Notes under the pieces: generated by a model
Database searches by the model: none
What the model was told of the DNA's origin: nothing
What the model saw: the letters and a program-made list of their open reading frames with translations, nothing else
Translations under genes and position numbers: made by a program
Part shown: positions 9,104 through 19,433 of the stretch, piece by piece
Layout: each line of letters starts with the position of its first letter
Numbering within the stretch: the first letter of the stretch is position 1
Assembly (NCBI GenBank): GCA_016186045.1
Contig: JACPMJ010000020.1
Span: 5,435 to 69,434, forward strand
DNA length: 64,000 nt
Direction: 5' to 3'
Origin: Candidatus Uhrbacteria bacterium
GTDB taxonomy: Bacteria; Patescibacteriota; Patescibacteriia; JACQRZ01

Positions 9104-9667
9104 ATGAGGAAAATCATGAAAAAATTTTTAAACGAACAGATTCTTCTGTATAAGATGCGCACCGGCGATGTGAACGCGTTTGGTCCGGTGTATGACTTCT
9201 ATCACGAAAAGATTTATCGATTCGTGTATTTGAAGCTACCCACGCGTCAGGACGCGGAAGACATTACCGCGGATACATTTTTAAAAGCATGGCAATATAT
9301 TCAAGAAAAAAAACCTATTCATACGATACAGGCGTTTTTGTATCAGATCGCGCGGAATCTGGTGGTGGATTTTTATCGCACGCGCGGCATAACACTGGAG
9401 TCCATAGACGAACGAGAGATTGTGATTGCGGATAGAACGGACCTTACGCTGGAAGAAAAAATGACGCTCAAGTCTGACATGCAGGAGGTGGAGTCCGCCC
9501 TGCGCAAATTGAAAGACGCATACCGCGAGGTGATCGTATTGCATTTCTTGAATGAACTTTCTCTGAAAGAAGTGGCACGCATCATAGGGAGGTCTCCGGG
9601 CGCAACACGTGTACTTTTGCATCGTGGCATCAAGACGGTAAAGGGGATACTGGGGGAGGGGAGATGA
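9104..9667 (+). CDS. ECF-family RNA polymerase sigma factor
   Basis: DAEDITADTFLKAW (region 2), FLYQIARNLVVDFYR, LSLKEVARII helix-turn-helix. Start may be 9116. Confidence 0.93.
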   Translation: MRKIMKKFLNEQILLYKMRTGDVNAFGPVYDFYHEKIYRFVYLKLPTRQDAEDITADTFLKAWQYIQEKKPIHTIQAFLYQIARNLVVDFYRTRGITLESIDEREIVIADRTDLTLEEKMTLKSDMQEVESALRKLKDAYREVIVLHFLNELSLKEVARIIGRSPGATRVLLHRGIKTVKGILGEGR

Positions 9668-9681
9668 CAAGGAGGAGGTAC

Positions 9682-9707
9682 TGTAACATTTTCTCGCATA
9701 TTCCGTC
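9682..9707 (+). promoter_or_regulatory. ECF-type promoter (TGTAAC-16nt-CGTC)
   Basis: Matches the AAC/CGT consensus of ECF promoters; lies between the sigma gene and its putative partner. Confidence 0.7.
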
Positions 9708-9911
9708 TTATACTATGCACACACAAAAACAAAAAGATTTTAGCAAACGATAAAAAAACGAATATTGACCATATTTAAAACAAAAACTCAAGGCGAGGAG
9801 GCATTGCTGCGGAACGCACTACATGCACAGTCACGGCAGCACATGATCCGAATCCCGCTTTGGGTTTTTTGAAACCCCACCCGCTTGTCAAAGGGGTTTT
9901 GATCCCGAGTT

Positions 9912-10955
9912 ATGGACAAACGCGTCATCAAACAGATACAACTCCTGAAGTCTATCCAGCCCAGCAGGGAGTGGAGCGTCCAGACTCGGGATGTTTTATT
10001 TTCACAAATTCGCGCACAAGGCAAGGTTGGCGTACAAAAATCTTCCAAGATTGCCTGCACATGGGCATATGCGCGAAGCACGTTTTCTACAGCATACCAA
10101 TATAGCATTGGGTTGCTTTTTGAGCGTCCTTTGGCATTGGCAAGCGCGCTCTCCGTGTTCGTGATAAGCGTGCTCGGTGCGTTTTTTTACAGCCAGACCA
10201 GTATGCCAGGTGATGCGCTTTATGCGATGAAACGAACATCAGAAGGAGTTCGGACCGCACTGGTGTCTCCGGATGACCGGGCACAGCTGGAAATAGAATT
10301 TGCAGACCGGCGCATGGAAGAGATACGGGCAGTGTCAGAGAAAAAGGAAACAGCGCCGGAAGAAAAGGCAAAAAGCATTTCAGGTCTTTTGGACAATGCG
10401 TCAGAAAATTTTACAAATGTGAAAAAAACTTTGGAAGATGCAAAATCCGTGAGCACTCCAAAAAAAATAGTGGACATTGCAAAACTTGCCCAAGCCAAGG
10501 CGGGGCAGTATGAAAAGGCGCTTGGCCAGGTGCAATCAGCAGATCCGGATCGGCAAAATGCCGTACTGGCGCAGAAGATTAATACCGCCCTTACCGATGT
10601 CCATGCCGCAGAGTCAAAGGCATTGGAGGTGATTGTGGATAAGAAGGATATTGCGCAAATGTCAGATGATGAGGTAAAATCACAGATAGCGCAGTATATT
10701 ACCCAAACGCAGGAAAAAGTGGAAAAGGTAAAAGTCACCGCCGCGGGCCTCACCGATGAAACAGCAAAGGCGAAGACCGCGTCAGCGGCGGACAGTGCGC
10801 AAAAAGCATTGGAAGAGGCAAAGGCGGTGCTTGAGAAGAATGAGTACAAATCAGCAGTGGCAAAACTTGATGAGTCAAAAAAGATCATTGATTCCTTGCA
10901 GGCACAGTCCGCATCAGGCGATCCGGCTCAAGAGAAAATAAAACTTATTTATTAA
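9912..10955 (+). CDS. DUF5667-domain membrane protein, putative anti-sigma partner
   Basis: One TM followed by SMPGDALYAMKRTSE...ADRRMEE; directly downstream of the ECF sigma. Confidence 0.75.
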   Translation: MDKRVIKQIQLLKSIQPSREWSVQTRDVLFSQIRAQGKVGVQKSSKIACTWAYARSTFSTAYQYSIGLLFERPLALASALSVFVISVLGAFFYSQTSMPGDALYAMKRTSEGVRTALVSPDDRAQLEIEFADRRMEEIRAVSEKKETAPEEKAKSISGLLDNASENFTNVKKTLEDAKSVSTPKKIVDIAKLAQAKAGQYEKALGQVQSADPDRQNAVLAQKINTALTDVHAAESKALEVIVDKKDIAQMSDDEVKSQIAQYITQTQEKVEKVKVTAAGLTDETAKAKTASAADSAQKALEEAKAVLEKNEYKSAVAKLDESKKIIDSLQAQSASGDPAQEKIKLIY

Positions 10956-10972
10956 ATTTATTAAAAAGCCTA

Positions 10973-11071
10973 TCCGGCTGTTGAAGTTTGTCATTCCGAG
11001 CGGTCAGCATTGTTGAGGCCAGACAAAGTCTCACCACGCTACCACTTAGGATGACAAAAAAGACAGTCGGA
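10973..11071. repeat. Palindromic MITE/REP-like element (degenerate copy)
   Basis: tgtcattccgagcggtcagc is identical to 51649-51668; ends in ggatgaca; outer imperfect inverted repeat. Confidence 0.75.
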
Positions 11072-11155
11072 CAGTCCCTGTACGCAAAGGTCGGGCCTTT
11101 ATGGCGCATACAGCGGTATTTATTACACATAACCTTACAAAGGTTCAAATATAAT

Positions 11156-14100
11156 ATGATAGAAACGTTAGCAAAAACCGGAAAGAAAGCACTGACCATC
11201 TCTGTGGTTGGTACCACAATTGCTTGGGCCACCGGTGTTGCCGCTTTCGTCCCAATGCTGGCAGGAGCTGCCACATTGACCGATGGCGACCTCATCAAGG
11301 CATCAGGGCCAGCTGTGTACTACTACCGCGGAACAGACGGAAAGCGCTGCCCTTTCCCAAATGACAAAGTATTTTATTCATGGTTTTCGGATTTCAAATC
11401 AGTGAAAACACTCACTGATGCGGAGCTTGCGGCCGTTGGCCTGTGCTCAACTCCGATGACCTATCGATCGGGTACCCGCTTGGTAAAGATTCAGACAGAT
11501 CCCAAGGTGTACGCGATTGAGTTGCCAAATACGCTTCGCCACGTTGCTGATGAGGCGACCGCAAAAGCGCTTTTTGGCGATAACTGGAACAAACAGATTG
11601 ACGATGTTGCTGATGTATTTTTTGGCAACTACTCAGCCAGCGACAAGCAGGTTACTACTGCAGCGCCGCCAGCCGGGTTTGTCTTTAAGGCATCTGACAC
11701 GGCAAAACTGTATTACATTGATAAAGACTCAGCCGGCGCCTACTCAAAGCGCGAGGTCAGTGACCTTAACGCATTCAAGGCAAACGGCTGGAAGGAAAAA
11801 GACATCCGTTCAGTCGCGCCGACAGTACTCGCTGGCATGACCGCGGGAAGTGCGATTGCGGCGGCGGAAAAGGCGATTAGTACGCCACAGTGGGCGGCAG
11901 CGCCAGTAGCCGGAGAAAAACCGGCAGTACCGGCGTTACCGGCAGGCGCATTGACTGTTGCAATGGCGGCAAACAATCCGGCAGCGGCAGTCCATGCTTC
12001 AGGAAGCTCATATAACGGCGCATTGGCGCTTACGTTTTCTGCGGCAGGAGGCCCGGTAGAGGTAAAGGGTGTTACCGTGACTCGCGGAGGGTTGGCAGTT
12101 GATGCGAACATCTCCGGCGTCGCGGCATTTGAGAACGGCAATCGCTTGAGCAATTTCGTGACATTTGCGAATGCAAAAGCAACATTGCCATTCACCACCG
12201 CCCTTTCGATTCCGTCAGGAAGTTCAAAGACTCTCTGGGTCAAGACAAATGTTGCGGCAGGTAATCTCACCGGAACCTATAACATGAGCGTTATAGCGGC
12301 AACAGATGTCAACACCGCATCCACGGTTTCCGGCACATTCCCCATGCAGGGCAACACCTTCTCATTGACGAATGGCGCAAACGTGATTGGAACACTGACT
12401 ATTGACGCGGTGCTTGTCCATAACAATGGCGCAAATGACGTAACGGCAGTGAACATCAATCTTGGCACATTGGGCCAGGAGATCGGTCGCTTCCGCTTTG
12501 TAGCAGGAGCAAATGAAGATGTGAAGCTGTCTAAGATCACCATGTACAACAACGGAAATACGAGCGATGGCGATGTGAAGAACATTTCGCTATATGCTCC
12601 GGATGGCACATTGCTTGCAAAAGTTGATAAGACCACTGACCGCTATGCCACATTTGACATGAGCGCAAAGCCCTATGTGATACTCAAAGGAACCACTCGC
12701 GATCTCTCACTCCGCCTTGACGTTGTTGGCGGCTCTTCACGGACCGCGCGCTTTGTCATCAATAACGATTATGATATTGAGGCATCAGGAACCCAGACCG
12801 GCTCTGGTATCTTGACAACAGCGGCAGGAGCAGTGGACACTGCGTTTCCGATGGGTGATTCAAACGGCGCCGCGAGCTGTTCAGCAGGAAATAACTGTTT
12901 GAACAAGATTACTGTGAACTCCGGCACACTCCTTTGGAGTAAGGCGGGAGACTCAAAGAGCGGCAACATCTCTGCAGGCGCAAACAATATTGAACTTGGC
13001 AAATGGATAGCAACCCCACAGGGTGAGGACATGGAGGTCCGCACCATGGTATTTACAGTGACATATGGAACTGCGCTTACCGGAACTCTGAAAATCAAGG
13101 TTGGCGACACGATCGTCTATACCTTGGCAGGAAGTTCTGTTGCGGCAACCGGCGCGAACAATACCGCAAATCTCTCAACCTATCCGGTATTGAAAGCGGG
13201 CGTCCCAACGTCAGTAACAATCCTTGGAGATCTTTCTTCAAGCGTGACATCAGGCTCAACCTATTTGGTGAACTTGGATATTACGCAGGTGAAGCGCCTC
13301 TCCACAAACGATCTTATAGATCCGTCTGTCAACGGGACCAATGCAAACACATTGACTGTTGCGGCCGCATCACTGCAGGTGGCAAAGAACGCCTCATATC
13401 CTGACACCACGATTGTGGCAGGATTGAGCCCGGCAAAAGTTGGCTCGTTCAACCTTGTCGCGGGCTCTACTGAAGACGTTAATGTCACCAGCATGTCAGT
13501 TGGTTTGAATGGCGTACTTACCAATGCTTCAAGTCTCATTCTGAAGAGCGGTGATACCCAGCTCAACCAGTCGGCGCTCGTACCTGCGGCGGCAAATACG
13601 ATCTCAACAACAGGATTTACCGTGCCAAAAGGCGGTTCAAAGACTGTTGATGTGTATGTGAACAGCAATAGCGCGACCACCGGTCCGACATCCGTGACTA
13701 TTACCGCGATTTCCGGAACCGGCGCGTCATCTGGCGCCGCAGTCACCGCAACCGGTGTCGTCGCAACTGGTCAGACCATTACTTGGGTAAGCAATGGCAC
13801 CCTGACCCTTGCGCTTGACACAACAAATACATCCACCGCACAGGTTGCGCACAGCAATCTCGTGGACATACCGGTACTTGCGGCACGCATGACCACAAAC
13901 AATGCGGAAGACATTCGCATCGCAAACCTCCAGGTGTCAGTCAGTAATGGCATGACAAACTGGAAGGATATCAAGCTGTTTGACGGCGCCACTCAAGTGG
14001 GCTCCACCACTCAGCTGGTAAACGGCGTCGCGCTCTTTGGCGGTTTGACGTATGTCGTGCCAAAGGACTCAACAAAGACCTTGACTGTGAAAGCATCCAC

Positions 14101-16048
14101 AAACTCGTCAGGTACCCTGAACTCACAGTCCATGTCACACTTCGCGATTGATTATCTTGATGCGTTCGGCGTGTCCGGAGGCACCACTATCAAACCAGGG
14201 TCCACCCTGTACACCACATGGACACTTTCAAACACCGTCATCACAAGCGGAGCCATCTCAGTGGGTTCCACCATAGGCTTCCATGCCGGTGACGTGATAT
14301 TCGTCCATAGCGATGATGCTTCAGGAGGATCACTTGGTCTCGTGTTGGCAGAACCAACAACCACGACCTCCCTTACGGTTGCCACACAATCAGCCTTGAC
14401 ACTTGGCGCAAATGCGACCGTGTCCAAGCTTGCGTCCGGCGCAACCACAGCGGCAAGCGCTGGCAATCTAGTGATTGCTGGCCAAGCTACCACTGTCACA
14501 TCAACAAAGGGATTCAATGTGGGTGATGCGGTTCTCGTATCCAACGGAACCGTTGTGACCCTTGGGTATGTGTCTGCAGTAGGATCAGGAACATCCATGA
14601 CCATCAATGCATTGGCGGCAAATGGAAATGCAGCGAGCCGCGTGTCAAAACTCGGCACTGATACCTTGAGCACTGCCGCATCAGCGCAAGCTGGAGCGGG
14701 AGTGGCAGCTGGTACGGTGCTGGCTCCAACAGCAACCACTGTCACATCAACAACAGGATTTAATGTTGGCGACATGGTCTTGCAGTGGAACAGTGTGATA
14801 GCTGGCAGCTTTGGTCTTGTGACTGCGATCGGATCAACAACAGCCATGACCATTGCGTCAAATGCGGCACAAGACTGGAACACCGACAATGACGTGGCAG
14901 GTGTGTTTGAAGGAAATTCGACCATTGTCCGCGTAGGTTCCGCAAACCCGACCACAGCGCTTGTTTCAAGCGCCGCATCAGCAGGGAATCGAGCTATTGC
15001 AGGAACTGCGCATACCGTAAGCTCAACAGTGGGATTTGCAGTCGGCGACATTGTATTGTCAACCGCTGACACGCTTGGCTCTACGCTGGGTGTGGTATCA
15101 GTAGTGGGCAATGCCACCAGCTTGACTGTGAACTCGGCATCTGCGCTCGGATCAGCCGCAACTCGTGTTGTACGCCTCCCAGGCGCAGCAGCGGCAGGTA
15201 ACTTCGTTACCATTCATGATACCGAACCGGTCATTACCCTGAATACAGGCTTTGCCGGCGGAAATTCTTCCGGCGGTTCTGGCCAGATTGTGGGTATGTA
15301 CGACATCAAGGCGGATGGCGACAGAAACATGACGGTTTCTTCATTGGATGTGAAGGCGGGCGGATCAAACTTGCCATGGCAGTTTGTAACGAGCTATGAC
15401 CTGTACAACGGCTCAACGCGGCTTGCATCCGCAACCCCGTTGAATGCAACTGTTACCGGTGCGGGTGCGGCGGCATTGACTGCTTCGCCATTCAAACTTT
15501 GCTCCGGCGTAGCAGCAGCGGCAGGTGAAATAGATGTCGGCGCGGCGGCAGATGTTACTGCGGCAGCAGCAAAGATTGCGGCAGGTGATACTATCGTGGT
15601 CATGCTAAGCACGACCAACTATATTACAGCGATCGTCACGGCAAAGACGGTTACTGGAAATTGTACGAATGCAGACGCGGCTGATGTTACATTGGCTATT
15701 ACGAATATTTCGTTGACTGGCGCTGCAATTACCACTACAACCGCAACCGCAGTTAAGAGCTTTAACGTGATCTTTGATGCAAGTAGCGCGACACCACTCG
15801 CACCCCAGACCATCACCGCAGGATCAGCACTGACCCTTACGGTCAAGGCTGACACCACGTCTGTGAAGTCCGGCGTTACCAGCGGTAATGTGAACTACAA
15901 CACGTCAATCGCTCTCACGGAAACATACACTGGCGCGCGGCTTTCCGGTGGCCTTACCTGGGGATATACCCCCACCAACGGAACAGCCATCACGGGTCTC
16001 ACGGCCTCTGACAGCTATCCAGTGAATGCTCCAGCGCTCGTCTACTAA
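11156..16048 (+). CDS. Large secreted S-layer-like surface protein (about 1630 aa)
   Basis: Signal-like N-terminus from ATG 11156. CPR-type N-domain GDLIKASGPAVYY...RLVKIQTDPKVYA. T/A/G/S-rich beta repeats. Strong terminator follows. Confidence 0.8.
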   Translation: MIETLAKTGKKALTISVVGTTIAWATGVAAFVPMLAGAATLTDGDLIKASGPAVYYYRGTDGKRCPFPNDKVFYSWFSDFKSVKTLTDAELAAVGLCSTPMTYRSGTRLVKIQTDPKVYAIELPNTLRHVADEATAKALFGDNWNKQIDDVADVFFGNYSASDKQVTTAAPPAGFVFKASDTAKLYYIDKDSAGAYSKREVSDLNAFKANGWKEKDIRSVAPTVLAGMTAGSAIAAAEKAISTPQWAAAPVAGEKPAVPALPAGALTVAMAANNPAAAVHASGSSYNGALALTFSAAGGPVEVKGVTVTRGGLAVDANISGVAAFENGNRLSNFVTFANAKATLPFTTALSIPSGSSKTLWVKTNVAAGNLTGTYNMSVIAATDVNTASTVSGTFPMQGNTFSLTNGANVIGTLTIDAVLVHNNGANDVTAVNINLGTLGQEIGRFRFVAGANEDVKLSKITMYNNGNTSDGDVKNISLYAPDGTLLAKVDKTTDRYATFDMSAKPYVILKGTTRDLSLRLDVVGGSSRTARFVINNDYDIEASGTQTGSGILTTAAGAVDTAFPMGDSNGAASCSAGNNCLNKITVNSGTLLWSKAGDSKSGNISAGANNIELGKWIATPQGEDMEVRTMVFTVTYGTALTGTLKIKVGDTIVYTLAGSSVAATGANNTANLSTYPVLKAGVPTSVTILGDLSSSVTSGSTYLVNLDITQVKRLSTNDLIDPSVNGTNANTLTVAAASLQVAKNASYPDTTIVAGLSPAKVGSFNLVAGSTEDVNVTSMSVGLNGVLTNASSLILKSGDTQLNQSALVPAAANTISTTGFTVPKGGSKTVDVYVNSNSATTGPTSVTITAISGTGASSGAAVTATGVVATGQTITWVSNGTLTLALDTTNTSTAQVAHSNLVDIPVLAARMTTNNAEDIRIANLQVSVSNGMTNWKDIKLFDGATQVGSTTQLVNGVALFGGLTYVVPKDSTKTLTVKASTNSSGTLNSQSMSHFAIDYLDAFGVSGGTTIKPGSTLYTTWTLSNTVITSGAISVGSTIGFHAGDVIFVHSDDASGGSLGLVLAEPTTTTSLTVATQSALTLGANATVSKLASGATTAASAGNLVIAGQATTVTSTKGFNVGDAVLVSNGTVVTLGYVSAVGSGTSMTINALAANGNAASRVSKLGTDTLSTAASAQAGAGVAAGTVLAPTATTVTSTTGFNVGDMVLQWNSVIAGSFGLVTAIGSTTAMTIASNAAQDWNTDNDVAGVFEGNSTIVRVGSANPTTALVSSAASAGNRAIAGTAHTVSSTVGFAVGDIVLSTADTLGSTLGVVSVVGNATSLTVNSASALGSAATRVVRLPGAAAAGNFVTIHDTEPVITLNTGFAGGNSSGGSGQIVGMYDIKADGDRNMTVSSLDVKAGGSNLPWQFVTSYDLYNGSTRLASATPLNATVTGAGAAALTASPFKLCSGVAAAAGEIDVGAAADVTAAAAKIAAGDTIVVMLSTTNYITAIVTAKTVTGNCTNADAADVTLAITNISLTGAAITTTTATAVKSFNVIFDASSATPLAPQTITAGSALTLTVKADTTSVKSGVTSGNVNYNTSIALTETYTGARLSGGLTWGYTPTNGTAITGLTASDSYPVNAPALVY

Positions 16049-16097
16049 AAAGATGAGTTCAGGAATCCATCTTCTCTAAGTTAGAGCAGACAGGACA

Positions 16098-16129
16098 GAA
16101 AAACTCCCCCTTCACCGGGGGAGTTTTTC
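16098..16129 (+). terminator. Intrinsic terminator
   Basis: gaaaaactccccc-ttcacc-gggggagtttttc perfect 13-bp stem. Confidence 0.85.
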
Positions 16130-16200
16130 GTTGTCCCTCTTGTGCTGTACACGCTTATAATGGGATGGTATACTGTGAGTAGAATTCCTAAGAGAGATAT

Positions 16201-16620
16201 ATGCAAGAAGAAAAAAATGAATTAGAGCCAACCAATCATGATATTCTCGAGGCGATTAATTCGTATGCTACAAATACGGATAGGCGTCTTGAGAAAATTG
16301 AAGTACGTCTTGATACAATGGATGGCCGGCTTGATACAATGGATGGCCGGCTTGATACAATGGATGGCCGGCTTACGCGAGTTGAATCTCAAATGGTGAC
16401 CAAAGAATATCTTGATGAACGACTTGGTAAGTTTCGCTCTGATATCACGGATTACATGGATAAGCGCCTGCTTGATCTGAAGGGCGATCTTGTGGTGATT
16501 ATGAAATCTGAAGATAGAAAATTATCCGCTCTTGTTGAACTTCTTGTCCACAAGAGTATTCTCACCACATCTGAAGCGCGCAGTATCGCGCGAATGGAGC
16601 CGTTTCCGCAAGGAGTATAA
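16201..16620 (+). CDS. Coiled-coil hypothetical protein with heptad tandem repeat
   Basis: 139 aa; (RLDTMDG)x3. Confidence 0.75.
   Translation: MQEEKNELEPTNHDILEAINSYATNTDRRLEKIEVRLDTMDGRLDTMDGRLDTMDGRLTRVESQMVTKEYLDERLGKFRSDITDYMDKRLLDLKGDLVVIMKSEDRKLSALVELLVHKSILTTSEARSIARMEPFPQGV
16309..16374 (+). repeat. Perfect 21-bp tandem repeat, 3 copies
   Basis: cttgatacaatggatggccgg x3. Confidence 0.95.
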
Positions 16621-16728
16621 AATATTTTTCATAAAAGCATCTTCTTCCGCGCACTTCGCGTGGGAGGTTTTGTTTTATTTGACGAAATGCCTATTTTTTT
16701 GATAAAATTTCACTGCTATATATAATAT

Positions 16729-17406
16729 GTGCAGAGTATGAAAAAAAACAAAACAAACATGATTATTTTTTTCGAGATTCTCATTGGCATTGTTTTCCTT
16801 ATTGGGCTTGGATATTATGGAAGCAGACATCAGCCGCCGTCATACCCGGTAAATATTTCACAGGAATTAAGGATACGATTACTTGCGCAAACAGAGGAAC
16901 TTCAAGAAAAGATAAGAAAATCGCAGGAAAATTCCGCGCAAGGCGAGGATCATTTTTATGAATATGTTGATCTGGGCAACGCGTATCAGGAGCTGGGCAT
17001 GTACCGTGAATCCCGCACTGCATATCTGGAAGCGGCAAAGATTCGGGAAAAGACTATCTTGCCATGGATGAATTTGGCATACTTATATGAGCGGGCGGGG
17101 CAGAGCAAAGATGCGCTTGCCGCATTTCAAAAAGTATTGGAGTATGATGACGCGAATCTGGACGCGTACCTGCATCTTATTCGGCTTCAGCGAGATATTT
17201 TTAAATTTCCATTGAATGGAATTATTATCCTTTATCAGCAAGCATCTGCAAAGACAGGCGATAATCCTGAGCTTCACAGAGATTTTGCGCGATATCTGGA
17301 AAAAATGGGATACAAAAATGATGCGCTTGAACAATGGAAAGCGGTGAATGGCAGACTCCACGATGATCTTGAGGCGCAGGAGGGGATTCGCCGTTTGGAT
17401 AAATAA
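16729..17406 (+). CDS. Membrane-anchored TPR protein
   Basis: N-terminal TM; YVDLGNAYQELG and WMNLAYLYERAG TPR patterns. Start may be 16738. Confidence 0.8.
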   Translation: MQSMKKNKTNMIIFFEILIGIVFLIGLGYYGSRHQPPSYPVNISQELRIRLLAQTEELQEKIRKSQENSAQGEDHFYEYVDLGNAYQELGMYRESRTAYLEAAKIREKTILPWMNLAYLYERAGQSKDALAAFQKVLEYDDANLDAYLHLIRLQRDIFKFPLNGIIILYQQASAKTGDNPELHRDFARYLEKMGYKNDALEQWKAVNGRLHDDLEAQEGIRRLDK

Positions 17407-17412
17407 ACACAT

Positions 17413-18162
17413 ATGATGACAAAACGATTATTTCAGAAAAAATGGGTAGGCATAAGCGTGATATGTCTCAGCGCTGGTGTTGTATTTGGCATTATGGCTC
17501 TTATGCCGAGCATTAGGAATATGCAAAAGGGTACTGTACAGATTAACCTCACCAAAGAACAAAGGCGTTCCTTTGAAGACGAGGTGCGAAAGATTAAAAA
17601 AGAAATCCAGTCACAGACAGAGGGCGTCAAGAAGACAGAGCCGCGCGTTATGGCGGTCCGGTATATCCAGCTTGCCCGCGCGTATGAGAATCTCGGACAG
17701 ATTGCGAAGTCTATTGGCGCATATACCGATGCGCTCAAGCAGGATCCGAAAAACGCAGACGCATTTGTTGGTCGGGCGGATATGAAAAAAGAACTGAAGG
17801 AGTATGGAGCGGCAGAAGAAGATTATCGTTCAGCGCTGGATGCGGACACTCAAAATATTGACCTTTATCAAAAATTCGCAGATTTTTACGCCTATCGGAT
17901 GAGTGACGCGGACAAAGCGCGCGGAGTATACATAGAAGGGCTTTTGCGGACGAATGATTCTTCTGAGTTGAAGCGGCATTTTGCGGTTTTTTTGGAATCA
18001 ACTGGCAGTGCGTATGAGGCGTATCTTTATTGGACCGCGCTCGCGCAGGCAAACAGCGCTGATGCGGAGGCACAAGTCCATGCAAATGCTTTGCGCCCAT
18101 CCGTGCAAGACGCTATCCGCGCGTCAGAGCAGGCGGGGAAAAAGTCCAAGAAAGCGAAGTAA
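17413..18162 (+). CDS. Membrane-anchored TPR protein
   Basis: N-terminal TM; LARAYENLGQ...ALKQDPKNADAF TPR patterns. Confidence 0.8.
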   Translation: MMTKRLFQKKWVGISVICLSAGVVFGIMALMPSIRNMQKGTVQINLTKEQRRSFEDEVRKIKKEIQSQTEGVKKTEPRVMAVRYIQLARAYENLGQIAKSIGAYTDALKQDPKNADAFVGRADMKKELKEYGAAEEDYRSALDADTQNIDLYQKFADFYAYRMSDADKARGVYIEGLLRTNDSSELKRHFAVFLESTGSAYEAYLYWTALAQANSADAEAQVHANALRPSVQDAIRASEQAGKKSKKAK

Positions 18163-18163
18163 T

Positions 18164-18814
18164 ATGATATTCTTGCAAAAAAAAGCAGGTAGTATATTCA
18201 TAATCTGTGTTGTGCTGATAGGCGTTGGGTATATCGGCTATGGCGTATTTGTAAAGAAAAAAGATGTTCCGCGGAAGAATCAGGAGAACAAACCGATACA
18301 GCTAAAACAGGAGATAAGCGGGGTAGGAGAAAGTATGAGAGCTTTTGTCCGAAGATTCGTCGCTGGCAGGCGAGAGAAGAGCCCTGATACAACATCAGAC
18401 ATGCCGCCAGCGCAGGCAGATCAGGCGCGACAGGCGCGGACATATCCGGTGTCCATAGGCACGGAAACACTGTATCTTGAGTTGGCTGACAGTGAATATG
18501 CTCAGACATATGGCTTGACAAATCGCGCATCTTTGCCAAAAGATCAGGGTATGCTGTATGTTGTCACAAAAAAGCAAGAATTTTCATATTGGGCAAAAGA
18601 CATGCTGTTTGCTACGGATGTGGTGTGGCTGGGGCCGGATTTCACCGTGGTTGATATCAGTGAAAACATTGTGCCGGAGTCATATCCAAAGATATTCAAG
18701 CCAAAAGGCGCGGCGCGATATGTGATTGAAATGAACGCAGGTAGTGTGCTTCGATCGGGTGTTCGCATAGGGGATCGCATTGATTTTTCTTATATTTTAG
18801 ATGAAAAAAAATAA
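18164..18814 (+). CDS. DUF192 domain-containing membrane protein
   Basis: LELADS...GLTNRASLPKDQGMLY...WAKDMLFATDVVWL...YVIEMNAG. Start set at ATG 18164, right after the upstream stop. Confidence 0.85.
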   Translation: MIFLQKKAGSIFIICVVLIGVGYIGYGVFVKKKDVPRKNQENKPIQLKQEISGVGESMRAFVRRFVAGRREKSPDTTSDMPPAQADQARQARTYPVSIGTETLYLELADSEYAQTYGLTNRASLPKDQGMLYVVTKKQEFSYWAKDMLFATDVVWLGPDFTVVDISENIVPESYPKIFKPKGAARYVIEMNAGSVLRSGVRIGDRIDFSYILDEKK

Positions 18815-18899
18815 AATTGCGAAAAACTATTGACTTTTTTTTGAATGTATTACTATCACCATACTTAAAAGAATTGTGCTGAATTGATACATAACCTTT

Positions 18900-19433
18900 A
18901 TGCATATGGAGCAATCAGAATCGCCAGCGCGCGCATTTGTTGAGCGTAAGAAATTTTTTCCAGTCCCCAAAATTTTATGGTATATCCTGTTGGCAGTGGT
19001 AGTCCTTGGCATTGGATATTACGGCTGGAGAAGCTATGAACGAAGTAAACTGTACTCAATCGTGTATCTGCAGACCGGCGAGATTTATGTGGGCAAACTT
19101 TCTTTTTTCCCAAAAGTCACTTTGGCCGATCCTTATATCTTGCGTGTGACAAAAGATGAAAAAGATCCCAAGAAAAATAATTTTCAGTTGAGCCCCCTCA
19201 AGGAGACCGTCTGGAACACCAAGAGTCTTACATTAAATAAGCCGCATATCGTTTTTTATGGTCTTTTGGATAAAGATAGCCAGGCGGGAAGAGCGCTTTC
19301 AAATAGGTCAAATAAACAAGCAGATAAACAAGCAGAGCCAGCAACTCTCCCTGAAGTTCCCGCTCGGGCTCCAGCACAAGTTCCAATACAAGCGCCTATT
19401 CAAACCCCGACTCAAGCTCCGGCTGTTGAGTAA
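18900..19433 (+). CDS. Conserved single-TM hypothetical protein with Pro/Gln/Ala tail
   Basis: YSIVYLQTGEIYVGKL...LADPYIL resembles a recurrent CPR family. Confidence 0.7.
   Translation: MHMEQSESPARAFVERKKFFPVPKILWYILLAVVVLGIGYYGWRSYERSKLYSIVYLQTGEIYVGKLSFFPKVTLADPYILRVTKDEKDPKKNNFQLSPLKETVWNTKSLTLNKPHIVFYGLLDKDSQAGRALSNRSNKQADKQAEPATLPEVPARAPAQVPIQAPIQTPTQAPAVE

Noticed and set aside
11077-11117. Possible c-di-GMP-I riboswitch (acgcaaag...gcc)
   Set aside because: The GCAAA/GNRA first stem is absent; the sequence folds as one simple hairpin (ctgta-cgc-aaagg/ccttt-gcg-tacag).
10988-11155. Upstream TTG start of the S-layer-like ORF
   Set aside because: It translates the palindromic repeat; the signal peptide begins at ATG 11156.
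11517-15858. Long antisense and alternate-frame ORFs over the S-layer gene (also over tuf, fusA and comEC)
   Set aside because: Shadow ORFs expected from codon bias; no recognisable motifs.
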